Under the pieces are notes generated by a model. That model searched no databases. It was not told the DNA's origin and saw only the letters and a program-made list of their open reading frames with translations. From positions 576,001 to 640,000 of the forward strand of contig OZ240211.1 in NCBI GenBank assembly GCA_965197525.1: a stretch of DNA of 64,000 nt, in the 5' to 3' direction. Source of the stretch: Nitrosopumilus sp. Lineage in GTDB: Archaea > Thermoproteota > Nitrososphaeria > Nitrososphaerales > Nitrosopumilaceae. The first letter of the stretch is position 1; each line of letters opens with the position of its first letter. Positions 10,248 to 19,524 of this stretch are shown piece by piece. Position numbers and translations under genes: made by a program.

Positions 10248-10508
10248 TCATGGGATTGATGAGGGCTTGCAGTATTCACAATCACGGGGTGGGTTTTCAT
10301 ACCCATATTTTTCAGCTAAACACTCTGCTATCTTGTAGACCTTTTGAAGGGTTGATGCAGTATGCCAATCTGAATTTTTAGCTGTAGGTTGTTTTCTGCG
10401 TGTATAGTAAGGACACGTTCTTTTATGAATCTTGATATCTCCAACTTTTGGTTTGTTGCGATAAACTGCAAATCCATCTAAATTATGATTCAATATCACT
10501 GAATTCAA
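10248..10508 (-). CDS. Small hypothetical protein with IH...C and C-terminal CxxC
   Basis: KIHKRTCPY ... RDCEYCKP; cargo position. Confidence 0.55.
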   Translation of the reverse strand: MNSVILNHNLDGFAVYRNKPKVGDIKIHKRTCPYYTRRKQPTAKNSDWHTASTLQKVYKIAECLAEKYGYENPPRDCEYCKPSSIP

Positions 10509-10712
10509 TTACGGTTAATATATAATCGTAGTTATTGTAGAAAAAAGGATTTGATCGGTCAAGGGATTTGATCTGTTCAGCATCTACACTGAATTTTTAA
10601 ATAATTGGTACATTTTTTTGATTTATGCTTCCTAATCAAGAAAAAGAACCTGAAACGTAAACGTTTACACTTCCTTTTTCAATAAAATAAATGTTAAATA
10701 CAGTTTCGTTAG

Positions 10713-12140
10713 TGTATTGTCCTGAAAGTAGTTCACCCCTCACATCAGGCTCATAACCTAGGTGGGCGCGTTCCATGACCGATTTTTTCAGCGGCATGGC
10801 ATCCCATGTAAAATCTATGAAAGACACAGCCAACTTGTCCATTACTGGAAACAGTGGTGTGTGGGTCCGCAGATGGAGACGCTCTACTGTGTGGCGTTAT
10901 ATAGGAAGACGGAGAGTACGAGTAATGAAAAAACTTGATCAAGCCAAAGTGGAATGGATTATCAAAGAAAAGCGTAAAGATACTGCAAATAACAAAGAGA
11001 TTGCAGCAAAGATGAACGTCTCTGTCAGATGGGTTCAAAAGCTGCACAAGAGATACAAAGATGCAGACAAGATAGTATATCCTGTCCCAATGGGAAGACC
11101 AAAAAAGAGTGCACCCGGACGACTAGAACACTCTGTGATTCTCTCAGCAATATCAAACGAGATTCGAGGAGCTGCAACCTTGGAGCGCGTCATAAGATCA
11201 TCTGTAGGAATGTATATTGCGCACAACTTTATACACAAAGTATTGAAAGATGCAGATTATGTAGATGCCAGTACAAACAAGGGCAAGAGGCGCAAGTGGG
11301 TTAGGTGGGAACGAGATTACTCCAATTCCCTGTGGCATACTGATTTCAAACATCTTGACGATGGCAGATGGTTCCTGTGTTACCAGGATGACGCTTCACG
11401 TTTTGTGACTGGTTTTGGGGTATTTGCAGAGGCAACCACAGAAAACGCCCTAAAGGTACTTGATGAGGCCATAAAAAATCACGGCAAACCAGCATCAATC
11501 CTGACAGATCGTGGTACCCAGTTCTATGCCACAGAGTCTGAGGTCAAGAAGAAGGGAGTCTCCAAATTTGAACAAAGACTGGTGGAACTTGACATCAAAC
11601 ACATATTGGCACGTGTACGACATCCACAGACAAATGGCAAACTAGAACGCCTGCACGGAGAGATACAGCGCAAACTAGGCCACTTTGAAGGTGCTTCAGC
11701 TGGCAAGACTCGACGTGATACCTCAGAGAACTCTAGCGTGGGAGGACCGTTTTACACCGCATCTGCAAAGGATCCCGTGGAACGGTTCATGGAATGGTAC
11801 AACTACAACAGGCCGCATATGTCACTTGACTGGGACAATCTAGAGACTCCGGTACAGGCATTTAAGAGAAAGATGCCGCCTGCTGGCAAGACGGTGACAG
11901 ATAGTCAAACAGGTCAAAAGTACAGTGTAGAGTAACATTATGACATTAAAACGGATGTTTTATTCTTAGTGGACACTACATAATTTTTTGAATAGTTGTC
12001 ATGCGTGGAGTGGAAATGAATAAAATTCATGAATTGTACAGCAGAATTTAGCGCAAGAGAGTTATACATCACTCTAGAACATCATACATGCAAACATCTC
12101 CAAGTTTTGAAGAGGGGCGAACTACTTTTGGGATCCCACA
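10713..12140 (+). mobile_element. IS481-family insertion sequence
   Basis: TGT...ACA ends; imperfect ~30-bp IR (TGTATTGTCCTGAAAGTAGTTCACCCCTC vs TGTGGGATCCCAAAAGTAGTTCGCCCCTC); flanked by 14-bp direct repeat TACAGTTTCGTTAG at 10699-10712 and 12141-12154. Confidence 0.85.
10925..11935 (+). CDS. IS481-family transposase (HTH + rve integrase core)
   Basis: WHTDFK, QDDASR, ILTDRGTQF, PQTNGKLER motifs; start chosen at MKKLDQ (ORF is open from 10775). Confidence 0.9.
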   Translation: MKKLDQAKVEWIIKEKRKDTANNKEIAAKMNVSVRWVQKLHKRYKDADKIVYPVPMGRPKKSAPGRLEHSVILSAISNEIRGAATLERVIRSSVGMYIAHNFIHKVLKDADYVDASTNKGKRRKWVRWERDYSNSLWHTDFKHLDDGRWFLCYQDDASRFVTGFGVFAEATTENALKVLDEAIKNHGKPASILTDRGTQFYATESEVKKKGVSKFEQRLVELDIKHILARVRHPQTNGKLERLHGEIQRKLGHFEGASAGKTRRDTSENSSVGGPFYTASAKDPVERFMEWYNYNRPHMSLDWDNLETPVQAFKRKMPPAGKTVTDSQTGQKYSVE

Positions 12141-12168
12141 TACAGTTTCGTTAGACTAATGACAAAGT

Positions 12169-12735
12169 ATGTCAGAACCGCCAAAAAACTCAAAGGCTTG
12201 GTATCTCTTACCAGTGTTTCTATTTGCTCTAGGCGGAGTAATTATGTTTTTGGTATTACGTAAAAAGAACTCACAGATGGCGAAACAGGGCCTTATTCTA
12301 GGAGTTACCATATCAGTGGTTTGGTTTTTGGCTCCAATTCTTAGCGGAGCAGCATCACCTCTATGGTTTCTGGAAGATATAGAAGAATATGAATACGAAT
12401 CTAATAATTTTGAAAAGTCTCCAGATAAGCAGAAGCTTGAGATAGATAAGCAGAAGCTTGAGATAGATAAGCAGAAGCTTGAGGCAGAGTTAGCAAAACT
12501 TGAGGTAGTGAAGCAGATGCTTGAGGCAGAGAATTCTGATAGGATAGTGTCTAATGATCAATGTTCATTATTTTGTGATTCAAACAACTATGAACCAGTT
12601 TGGGCCAAGTCTATGGGTAAATATCAAGCTACGAGTAAATGTCAATCTATAGTCATTGAGAACTTTCAATCTAAAGACGGAAAATGGTGTATTGAATTAC
12701 TAGGCAAAATTCTAGATGATCAATATGCACCGTAA
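12169..12735 (+). CDS. Membrane protein with (IDKQKLE)n coiled-coil repeat
   Basis: Two N-terminal TM helices (WYLLPVFL..GG); 21-bp tandem unit at 12424-12483. Confidence 0.7.
   Translation: MSEPPKNSKAWYLLPVFLFALGGVIMFLVLRKKNSQMAKQGLILGVTISVVWFLAPILSGAASPLWFLEDIEEYEYESNNFEKSPDKQKLEIDKQKLEIDKQKLEAELAKLEVVKQMLEAENSDRIVSNDQCSLFCDSNNYEPVWAKSMGKYQATSKCQSIVIENFQSKDGKWCIELLGKILDDQYAP
12424..12483 (+). repeat. 21-bp tandem repeat GATAAGCAGAAGCTTGAGATA, ~2.9 copies
   Basis: Read directly from sequence. Confidence 0.9.
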
Positions 12736-12919
12736 TACGGTATCTATACCTCAAGTTTTGCTAACTCTGTCTCAAGCTTCTGCTTCTCTTGCCATTCTAC
12801 CTCTTTCTTCTCTAGTTGTCTAGGTGACGACAGTTAACAGCAAGAGTCAGGTGACGGTAAGTTAACAGAACCCATCTAACAATATGTTAATATGCTATAG
12901 TATATAACATATCTATATC

Positions 12920-13042
12920 ATGAATGAAAGAACATTTCAACAACAATGGGGAGAAAGACATGATGCTGTAGTGAAAAAGTATGAAGACAAAAAGAGAGAT
13001 GGAACCATGAGAAAAATAGTGGTTGTGGACATAGAGGATTAG
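12920..13042 (+). CDS. 40-aa peptide, possible antitoxin
   Basis: MNERTFQQQWGERHDAVVKKYEDKKRDGTMRKIVVVDIED*; TATA-like tract upstream; precedes a RelE-like ORF. Confidence 0.4.
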   Translation: MNERTFQQQWGERHDAVVKKYEDKKRDGTMRKIVVVDIED

Positions 13043-13068
13043 GCTATCACTCTAAATTTTTATTCAAG

Positions 13069-13389
13069 ATGTTGATGATTATGAAATATTGGAGAGTCAG
13101 TTATGGAGTTGATTTTATCAAACAGACATCCATACTTGTTGTCAGCACACAAGCCAAAATCCATAATGCAGTATCAAAGGTGGCAAACCATGAAGATCCT
13201 CGAGATGCTGGACGCTATGTTGATTGCGGAAGAGATGGTGGTGGTGCTGACTGTCATTACATAGCTCAAATTTATGCGGGATTAGCATTTGAATTCATCT
13301 ATGAAATAAATGAAAAGGACAAAGAATTGACATATATTGATTGCCATGAACTTGATTTTCTCAAACATGGTCAGGAACAAAATATTTGA
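13069..13389 (+). CDS. Hypothetical protein, possible RelE/ParE-fold toxin
   Basis: W.V.Y...F.KQ...L....Q.KI...V....DP..G....FIYEI......L.YID pattern, judged by eye. Confidence 0.45.
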   Translation: MLMIMKYWRVSYGVDFIKQTSILVVSTQAKIHNAVSKVANHEDPRDAGRYVDCGRDGGGADCHYIAQIYAGLAFEFIYEINEKDKELTYIDCHELDFLKHGQEQNI

Positions 13390-13864
13390 TAAATTCATGT
13401 CCCATATTTTTTATGAATTCTTCTGAAAAGTTTCATGTTAGTTAATGCGTTGTGGGGTTAGTGAGAATTATTTGTGATCTATTTTGATATATCCAAGTTT
13501 TGTATTCTCATATAATCCAAGTATAATCCTGTGATCCGATAAATCAGTCATATACTTGCATGTCTAATTCTTTTAGATGAGATTAATTTTAGATTGATCT
13601 TTGATATGCCAGAGTATTTTGAAACTACCACGCAGTATGGCGGATTGATTCCAGAATTACATATGCAGAGTATATTTGGGCAGTCAATTATATGGAATAC
13701 AAGCATGTTATCCCAACATGCTCTTCATTATCATTAGTTCAGTCAAGCAACCACATGGAGAACTATATCAAAGAACTAGATGAGATAGATTGAATGGAGG
13801 ATAAAAACCAACATAGGATCAATGTGCCTACCACTCTAAGATTGCACAGACCCTGTTTTAGATA

Positions 13865-13963
13865 TTAACGCATGAGTTCTGCCATCTCTATAGAAAAGAA
13901 GAAGAATCCAATACCGCCTCCAATGATGGCAATCCAGGCGGCAACTTGTTTGAGTTTAGTCAT
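13865..13963 (-). CDS. 32-aa single-TM peptide
   Basis: MTKLKQVAAWIAIIGGGIGFFFFSIEMAELMR*. Confidence 0.4.
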   Translation of the reverse strand: MTKLKQVAAWIAIIGGGIGFFFFSIEMAELMR

Positions 13964-14236
13964 GATATAGTTAATTACAGAGTTTGATGTTGGTTTTGTA
14001 ATAATTAATTGTAAAAGATAATGAACTGTTTTGATGCATACATCTATGATATTTGCGGATTTTTTAAATGTTTCTCAAAAAAATTTTTGACGATTGATAT
14101 GAAGTATATTTATAAAAAAATTATGCCTTTTATTTTTACACTGTTCAAAATTCGGGACTTTGCAACGAATGTTAACTTGGGTGCTTTTTTTGCCAAGCGC
14201 GGTAATGGAATTATTAGGTTCATCTGGAATTTTAAT

Positions 14237-15526
14237 TTACCCGACAACGTAGGCTAAGTTAGGAACTGTTTGTCCATAAGCCGAAGGCAAAATCCAATTA
14301 AAGACAGGCATAAAGGATTGTGTATTAGGTCGGTATTGAGGATATGCTTTAAAGAATTTCTCAATGTATGCATCATCCAATCCTAATCTTGGCATGAGTT
14401 CTACCGGATCCGTGTTTATGAACGGTTCAGTCTCCAACGATTCTGCTATCCATTCAAAGGGGACTGTAGAGTATGTATCGTTTATGGATCTTTGGTTTCT
14501 AGACTCGATTTCAGTATGATTGATAGGAGGCATAATATAATAAAACGTATGCTCGGTTTCATATGGAATAAACTGTCTATTTGGATCGGATTCATCTCTA
14601 GTTTCAATACTGGATCTTGTAGGTTCATGTTCTGATAAAGTTACATACCCGTCACTAATGGATGTGAAGATTGTACTAACTGGACGCGATGTTGAATCTC
14701 TAGCATATATCTGAAAATTACCGAAATCATATTTGTAATAATCATCATTATCAGGATCATATATATCACTCATCCTGTACACGATAGGCTCTGAGATGGT
14801 CATCTGAAAAGTTACTGATGGATCATCGATCTCAGGATTAATGTGAACGCCATGGTAGTATATGTTGTAAGGCGGATAGAATCCAGTTTCTATACGAGTA
14901 CTATTACTTTGAATTGTACTGTTACCTGATAGTTCATAATTATAAGGCGTTCCTATGCCAAAACTCTTGTACCGACACCCTTTTGCACCATTCCATATCT
15001 CATCAACACTCATAAAATTAGTTCCATGATGTTCGTTAAAGTCATCTATCTCTTCTTGCGTCAATTCAAAAGAGGATGTGATTGTGGCATTAAATGATTC
15101 ACCAACCTTTGCTGTATTTGGAACCTGTATGGAAAAAGCACTTGGTAAGTTGCAATATGGGGCAGTATTAGGCACATAAACATTGCCAATTCCAGTAATG
15201 TTGTTAATCTGATTTGAAGACTGTTGTGAATGGATTATAATTGGGGTTGGATCGTTTACATCAGGTGTTGTTGCACCTGCCATGTGAACTATATTCCATC
15301 CACGTTCTTGTATATTCTGGGACGAGTCTACAAAGAAACATGCCAACGTACCAGAGGGCGACTGCATTAGTATCCTATCATCACGGCATTGTATCTCTTC
15401 AATCGGCACTCCTGATTCAAATTGTGCATTTGGGGATTGTATGTCATTGGTATTTGCAAGTGCGGGAGTCACACCTACACTGAGTATCAGAATTACCATC
15501 ATGGTAATCTGGGGTGTAGATGTCAT
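14237..15526 (-). CDS. Secreted/surface protein with thaumarchaeal 'C....L...PSG..AC......ERGW' module; possibly C-terminally truncated
   Basis: Signal-peptide-like N-terminus; CRDDRILMQSPSGTLACFF...QERGW; downstream DNA has no continuing ORF. Confidence 0.65.
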   Translation of the reverse strand: MTSTPQITMMVILILSVGVTPALANTNDIQSPNAQFESGVPIEEIQCRDDRILMQSPSGTLACFFVDSSQNIQERGWNIVHMAGATTPDVNDPTPIIIHSQQSSNQINNITGIGNVYVPNTAPYCNLPSAFSIQVPNTAKVGESFNATITSSFELTQEEIDDFNEHHGTNFMSVDEIWNGAKGCRYKSFGIGTPYNYELSGNSTIQSNSTRIETGFYPPYNIYYHGVHINPEIDDPSVTFQMTISEPIVYRMSDIYDPDNDDYYKYDFGNFQIYARDSTSRPVSTIFTSISDGYVTLSEHEPTRSSIETRDESDPNRQFIPYETEHTFYYIMPPINHTEIESRNQRSINDTYSTVPFEWIAESLETEPFINTDPVELMPRLGLDDAYIEKFFKAYPQYRPNTQSFMPVFNWILPSAYGQTVPNLAYVVG

Positions 15527-16383
15527 GTTAGATTAAAGACAATATATCGTATAATACTAGTGACACTAGTCCAAATACAAGTTTATCGATGTACTCTGTC
15601 AGATAACTCTGCCTCCTAATCCAATACAAGTAGGCAATGGCGGCGGTTTTGATCTACATATACAGTATCAGTCATTGTATACAGTCAAATCTGTGCTTGC
15701 GTTGATATATTTTTCAGAGTCAAGATTTTCCAAAATCTGTATAATGTACTATAATTATGATTGATGATTTGTAACTTTAACACTGGATTTATCAGTAGTT
15801 TGAAAAGCGCCTAAGTTAGCAGGTAGCGAAAAGTCACAAATTTGACAAACAAAACAACCTAAGTTAACAGGGTGTTGAAAAACGCCGAAGATTTAGCAGT
15901 ATATTTTTTGAGTACTTTGCACATAGAACATCTGACATCATATCTGCAAAGCTACGCAGGCAGCATGTCAGAATCTCCCAAACGGTAGATACTATTCTGC
16001 CCTGTTTACATTGCCATTCTTGGTGTAATGGAGCCGAAAAATGCTACATAATAGGATCAGATTTGATATGTTCCACCCTTGACATACCATTGATTACAAG
16101 GCTATCATTGTATCTGTCTGTGCCTGTGAGTGGGATCATGTGTTTGTATGGGGCCTGCATACAGTAGATTCGTTCTTGCACACATATAACAGGACTAGAC
16201 AACATCTAGATTTTTGATTCAAAATCAACGAGAGATTGGATCACAATTTGCGTGTCGTTCAATGTACAGAAGACACGGCAGGAACACAGAGATGGAAAAA
16301 ATAACTACAACCAGCAACTGCGCGTACATGTCGGGTACACATACCACTAGGTCAGGATGCGTCTGACAGCAGACGCCCCCCGG

Positions 16384-17554
16384 TTATCTCCTAAACATTG
16401 ACATGTCCGGCATCGGGTTGCTTACCCTGATGTAGTCCTTGACAGATAGTGTCTGATCCGCCCCTACAATCATGGTAAGTCGGGTGGTGCCAATATAGGC
16501 CCTGTGTTGATCTGCTTCATATAGTGCGCCGCCGCCTGCAACCCATGCAGACCCCTCAGATACAGCCCTGACCGTGGCAGACATCGCATCGATCTGGTTT
16601 TGTTCAAGCGGTATGAACGGTTCGGTGTACTCGTAAAAAGTTACCTTCTCGCGTCTGTTGGTGTGTGTGAACGTTCTCTTCGTCCACGCCCACGAACTCA
16701 AAGTTTGGTGAAATCCTGATGCTCTTCAGCACATTTGAGGGGATGTTGCTGTACTCGTGTAAATGTGTGTATCTCATGGTAATCTCGGCAGTTTTCCCTA
16801 TCTTGGGCATGTTCGACAGGATGACTTCTGCCTCAGAGTATGTCTCTCCGTTGATGACTCTCGTATGTTTTGAGGACTGCTGGGGGTCATAGACTACATG
16901 TCTGCTTGGCCCGTCTGACTGATACTCCCTCATGTCAAAGATGTCCCAGACCTTCTTTTCTGCGGTAGACGGCTTGACGCATGCAAGCCTGTCGCTCTCA
17001 CGCAGTACTAGGACATGGTCTGGATTGGAGCATGGGTTGTCTTTGGGAGGAGGAAATCCGTAAATCCTTTCAAAATGGTCAAAAAAATCGTCGGGGAGCG
17101 TCCAGTATCCTCCGTCATTTACCTTTGATGTCCCTATGCCGCATGCGCCGTGAGATATTATGTTCCCGTTACTGTCGGTAATGTAAAAAACCTCGGAACC
17201 CAGCGTGTAGTGATCCGCGCCTTCCGTATAAAATCCATTCTGGCGATCCGTCTCCGGCGGGACATGGTACTGCCACGACGTGTGTTGTGGGTAGCCCTTT
17301 AGGACGTGTTCCAGCTCAAAATCGATTCTGACACTGCGTTCCACATCCACATCAGCTGTACCGTCACCGCCCTGCGAGCGGTCAGGTTGCTGTGGGGTTA
17401 CTGCCACGACTTTGCCTGTGTAGATGTTATCGGATGCAAGCCATGTCATGTCAAGATCGTGTATAGCACAGGGTACAGTCGCATCGACCTGTCCGGAGGT
17501 CATCATCAGGATTACAACAGCAAATATTCCAGACAGCAAGAGAGGTATCTTCAA
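16384..17554 (-). pseudogene. Secreted protein with TIMP/NTR-like domain, split by a frameshift
   Basis: ORFs 16604-17554 and 16384-16701 overlap in different frames; VPC...DNIYTGKVVAV...FELEHVLKG...GACG; LACVKPSTAEK module; visibly GC-richer than flanks. Confidence 0.55.
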
Positions 17555-17824
17555 CGCCTAAGATAAGGAAGGCAAGATAATGAAGGTTACTGCTGCAAGT
17601 ACACTGTTCAATATTCGGGGTTTTTCAGAAGACTGTAAAGTTAGGGAGATAATTATTGCATGTTTCCAGATTTTTTCATATTGTTAAAAATTCAGGTAAT
17701 AATGTTGTCATTTTACACTTAAAAATTCAGGAGATTGCAAGTTATTGTTAAATTGGAGAATTATACTATTTAATCTATGAGAGTATGCAGAGAGAGTTAT
17801 AATCGGATAGGTACAATATAGTAT

Positions 17825-17983
17825 ATGGCAGATATCAAGGATATAGGAAGATTCTTTGTGTTTATTGTTGGAGGAATCGTGGCCATAATAGTTGGGGCTT
17901 TTATGATTAGAGGCACTATGCATCTGTGGGACAACAAACCAAAGAGAAAAAACAATTCAGAGAAAGAAGAAAAAGACAAGTAA
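17825..17983 (+). CDS. 52-aa single-TM protein (real strand is +, not the - ORF listed)
   Basis: MADIKDIGRFFVFIVGGIVAIIVGAFMIRGTMHLWDNKPKRKNNSEKEEKDK*. Confidence 0.6.
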   Translation: MADIKDIGRFFVFIVGGIVAIIVGAFMIRGTMHLWDNKPKRKNNSEKEEKDK

Positions 17984-18007
17984 TAGTGCTACTCAGATTA
18001 TACAATT

Positions 18008-18307
18008 ATGTTAGCAGATTCTGCAATCAGACGTTCACTTGATCAGTACATTCAAAACAGAATAAAAGAGATACCAACTGAGATAAAACAGACGTTCCCT
18101 TGGGTCAAACAGATTTGGAAGTGTAGTAGTGAAACAGATTTTCTTTATGGGTATTATGTAGGAAAGATTGAAGAAGGAGCACTACACTACTTGTTAAAAG
18201 CAACACGCGCATCAGCTGGAGGATATGTAGATGCCTTTGAGATACGAGGAATAATCGAGATTCATAAAAAAGAGCTAAAAGACACAATAGAGTCTGTAAT
18301 GAATTAG
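18008..18307 (+). CDS. Conserved thaumarchaeal hypothetical protein
   Basis: DFLYGYYVGKIEEG...FEIRGIIE helical pattern typical of this lineage. Confidence 0.7.
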   Translation: MLADSAIRRSLDQYIQNRIKEIPTEIKQTFPWVKQIWKCSSETDFLYGYYVGKIEEGALHYLLKATRASAGGYVDAFEIRGIIEIHKKELKDTIESVMN

Positions 18308-18341
18308 AGAAGTAAAAATAGAGCGTTGATTTAGCAGATGT

Positions 18342-18515
18342 ATGGTAGGACCTAAAGATGGAGGATTTGGTTTTGATCAATCCAAGAAATATACGAGTGT
18401 ATCAAACATTGATGAGATCTGCGTACAGTGTCAGGCAGGTCAACACAAAAAATGCTTAAAAAAATCAAAAGAAGTAGAGAACTGTGAGTGTGAGCACTGT
18501 ATGATTTATGGTTAA
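18342..18515 (+). CDS. Small Cys-rich (Zn-binding) protein
   Basis: MVGPKDGGFG...CVQC...H..C.....CECEHC; 57 aa. Confidence 0.6.
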   Translation: MVGPKDGGFGFDQSKKYTSVSNIDEICVQCQAGQHKKCLKKSKEVENCECEHCMIYG

Positions 18516-18590
18516 GACTTTAAAGAAAAAAAATCAAACACAGGTAATGAAACTGAATCGGGTCAAAGAAAAGATTACAAGATAGAAAAA

Positions 18591-18923
18591 TTACAGACTA
18601 GATAGCTTGTGCTCTAGTTCTTGAATCTTGTTTTGGTGTGCGTTTGAGATGTTTTCTGCAAAAGCTTTGTGAGCTGAAATTATAGCAATCAAAGCATCCC
18701 TATAATTTGGATGGCCTTTCTTAATTACATCACATGATTCAAGTGATGTAATATGTCCTGTGACAGTGGCAACCGCACCCTTTTGATTGAATTTTACAAT
18801 ACCGCCAAACGCTTCAATCAGCATAAAAGATGACTCTGCTTTACACTTGTAGGTAACTCGGCCTGTGTCAGTATTGAACAGTTGAGTAACACCGCCTGGT
18901 TTTCGAGTAACTATAACAGTCAT
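18591..18923 (-). CDS. Hypothetical protein
   Basis: 110 aa ORF co-oriented with ferritin. Confidence 0.6.
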   Translation of the reverse strand: MTVIVTRKPGGVTQLFNTDTGRVTYKCKAESSFMLIEAFGGIVKFNQKGAVATVTGHITSLESCDVIKKGHPNYRDALIAIISAHKAFAENISNAHQNKIQELEHKLSSL

Positions 18924-18988
18924 AAAACAACTAAAAATTATGTGCTATTAATTATTTTAGAAACGATGTAATAATAGAATCGGTGAAG

Positions 18989-19501
18989 TTATTCGGATGC
19001 AGTTGGTAATGTTCCTAGAATTTTATCAATCTCGTGTATTGCAAGCTTGTCTCGGCCTAACAAGTCAAACTTTTGCAAGATTGTTTCAAACTGCTTCTCT
19101 TCTTCGACTTGCTCATTTACAAACCATTCAACAAAGGCAAAAGTGGAATGATCCCGATCTTTTTGTGCAATATCAACAATGCTATGAATTGCTTTTGTAA
19201 CTATCTTCTCGTTGTTTAGTGCAGTCTTTATTATCGTCTCAAGTGATTTAAAATCAGATGCAGGAGGTTTTGTGCCAGGAATAGTAGCAGTGCTGCCAAC
19301 ATCATTAAGATAGTGAATAAACTTGATCATGTGTTGACGCTCCTCTTCGGCTTGATTATAAAAGAATGCAGCAGAGCCATCATATCCTGTTCGCTCACAC
19401 CATGATGCCATAGATAGATATGTGTTTGACGCGTTAGATTCTAACGCAATTTGTGCATCTAAACTCTTCTTGATTTTAGGGGAAATTTTCATGCAAATCA
19501 T
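18989..19501 (-). CDS. ftnA: Non-haem ferritin
   Basis: QIALE..AS..YLSMASW, EERQHM.K, WFVNEQVEEE ferroxidase motifs. Confidence 0.92.
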   Translation of the reverse strand: MICMKISPKIKKSLDAQIALESNASNTYLSMASWCERTGYDGSAAFFYNQAEEERQHMIKFIHYLNDVGSTATIPGTKPPASDFKSLETIIKTALNNEKIVTKAIHSIVDIAQKDRDHSTFAFVEWFVNEQVEEEKQFETILQKFDLLGRDKLAIHEIDKILGTLPTASE

Positions 19502-19524
19502 AAAAAAATGATGAATTTAAATGC

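Larger units (their letters stand above)
7727..12872. mobile_element. IS6-family cargo element (5146 bp) with a nested IS481
   Basis: Perfect 26-bp TIR GGTTCTGTTAACTTACCGTCACCTGA at 7727-7752 and its reverse complement at 12847-12872; second subterminal copy (GTTAA.TGTCGTCACCT) at ~7761-7779 and ~12820-12840; IS6 transposase inside; no TSD seen. Confidence 0.85.

Noticed and set aside
7719-12881. TSD for the cargo element and for tnpB copies 1 and 2
   Set aside because: Flanking 8-mers differ (AATTCTTA/CATCTAAC; ATTGAGTA/CATGGAAC; TTAACAGG/GGCGACTG).
13400-14236. Continuation of the 14237-15526 gene or separate genes
   Set aside because: Only short, stop-riddled frames; probable decayed DNA with no supportable call apart from a 32-aa peptide.
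17797-17979. Minus-strand 60-aa ORF
   Set aside because: The plus-strand 17825-17983 ORF has a convincing TM plus charged tail; the minus ORF is its shadow.
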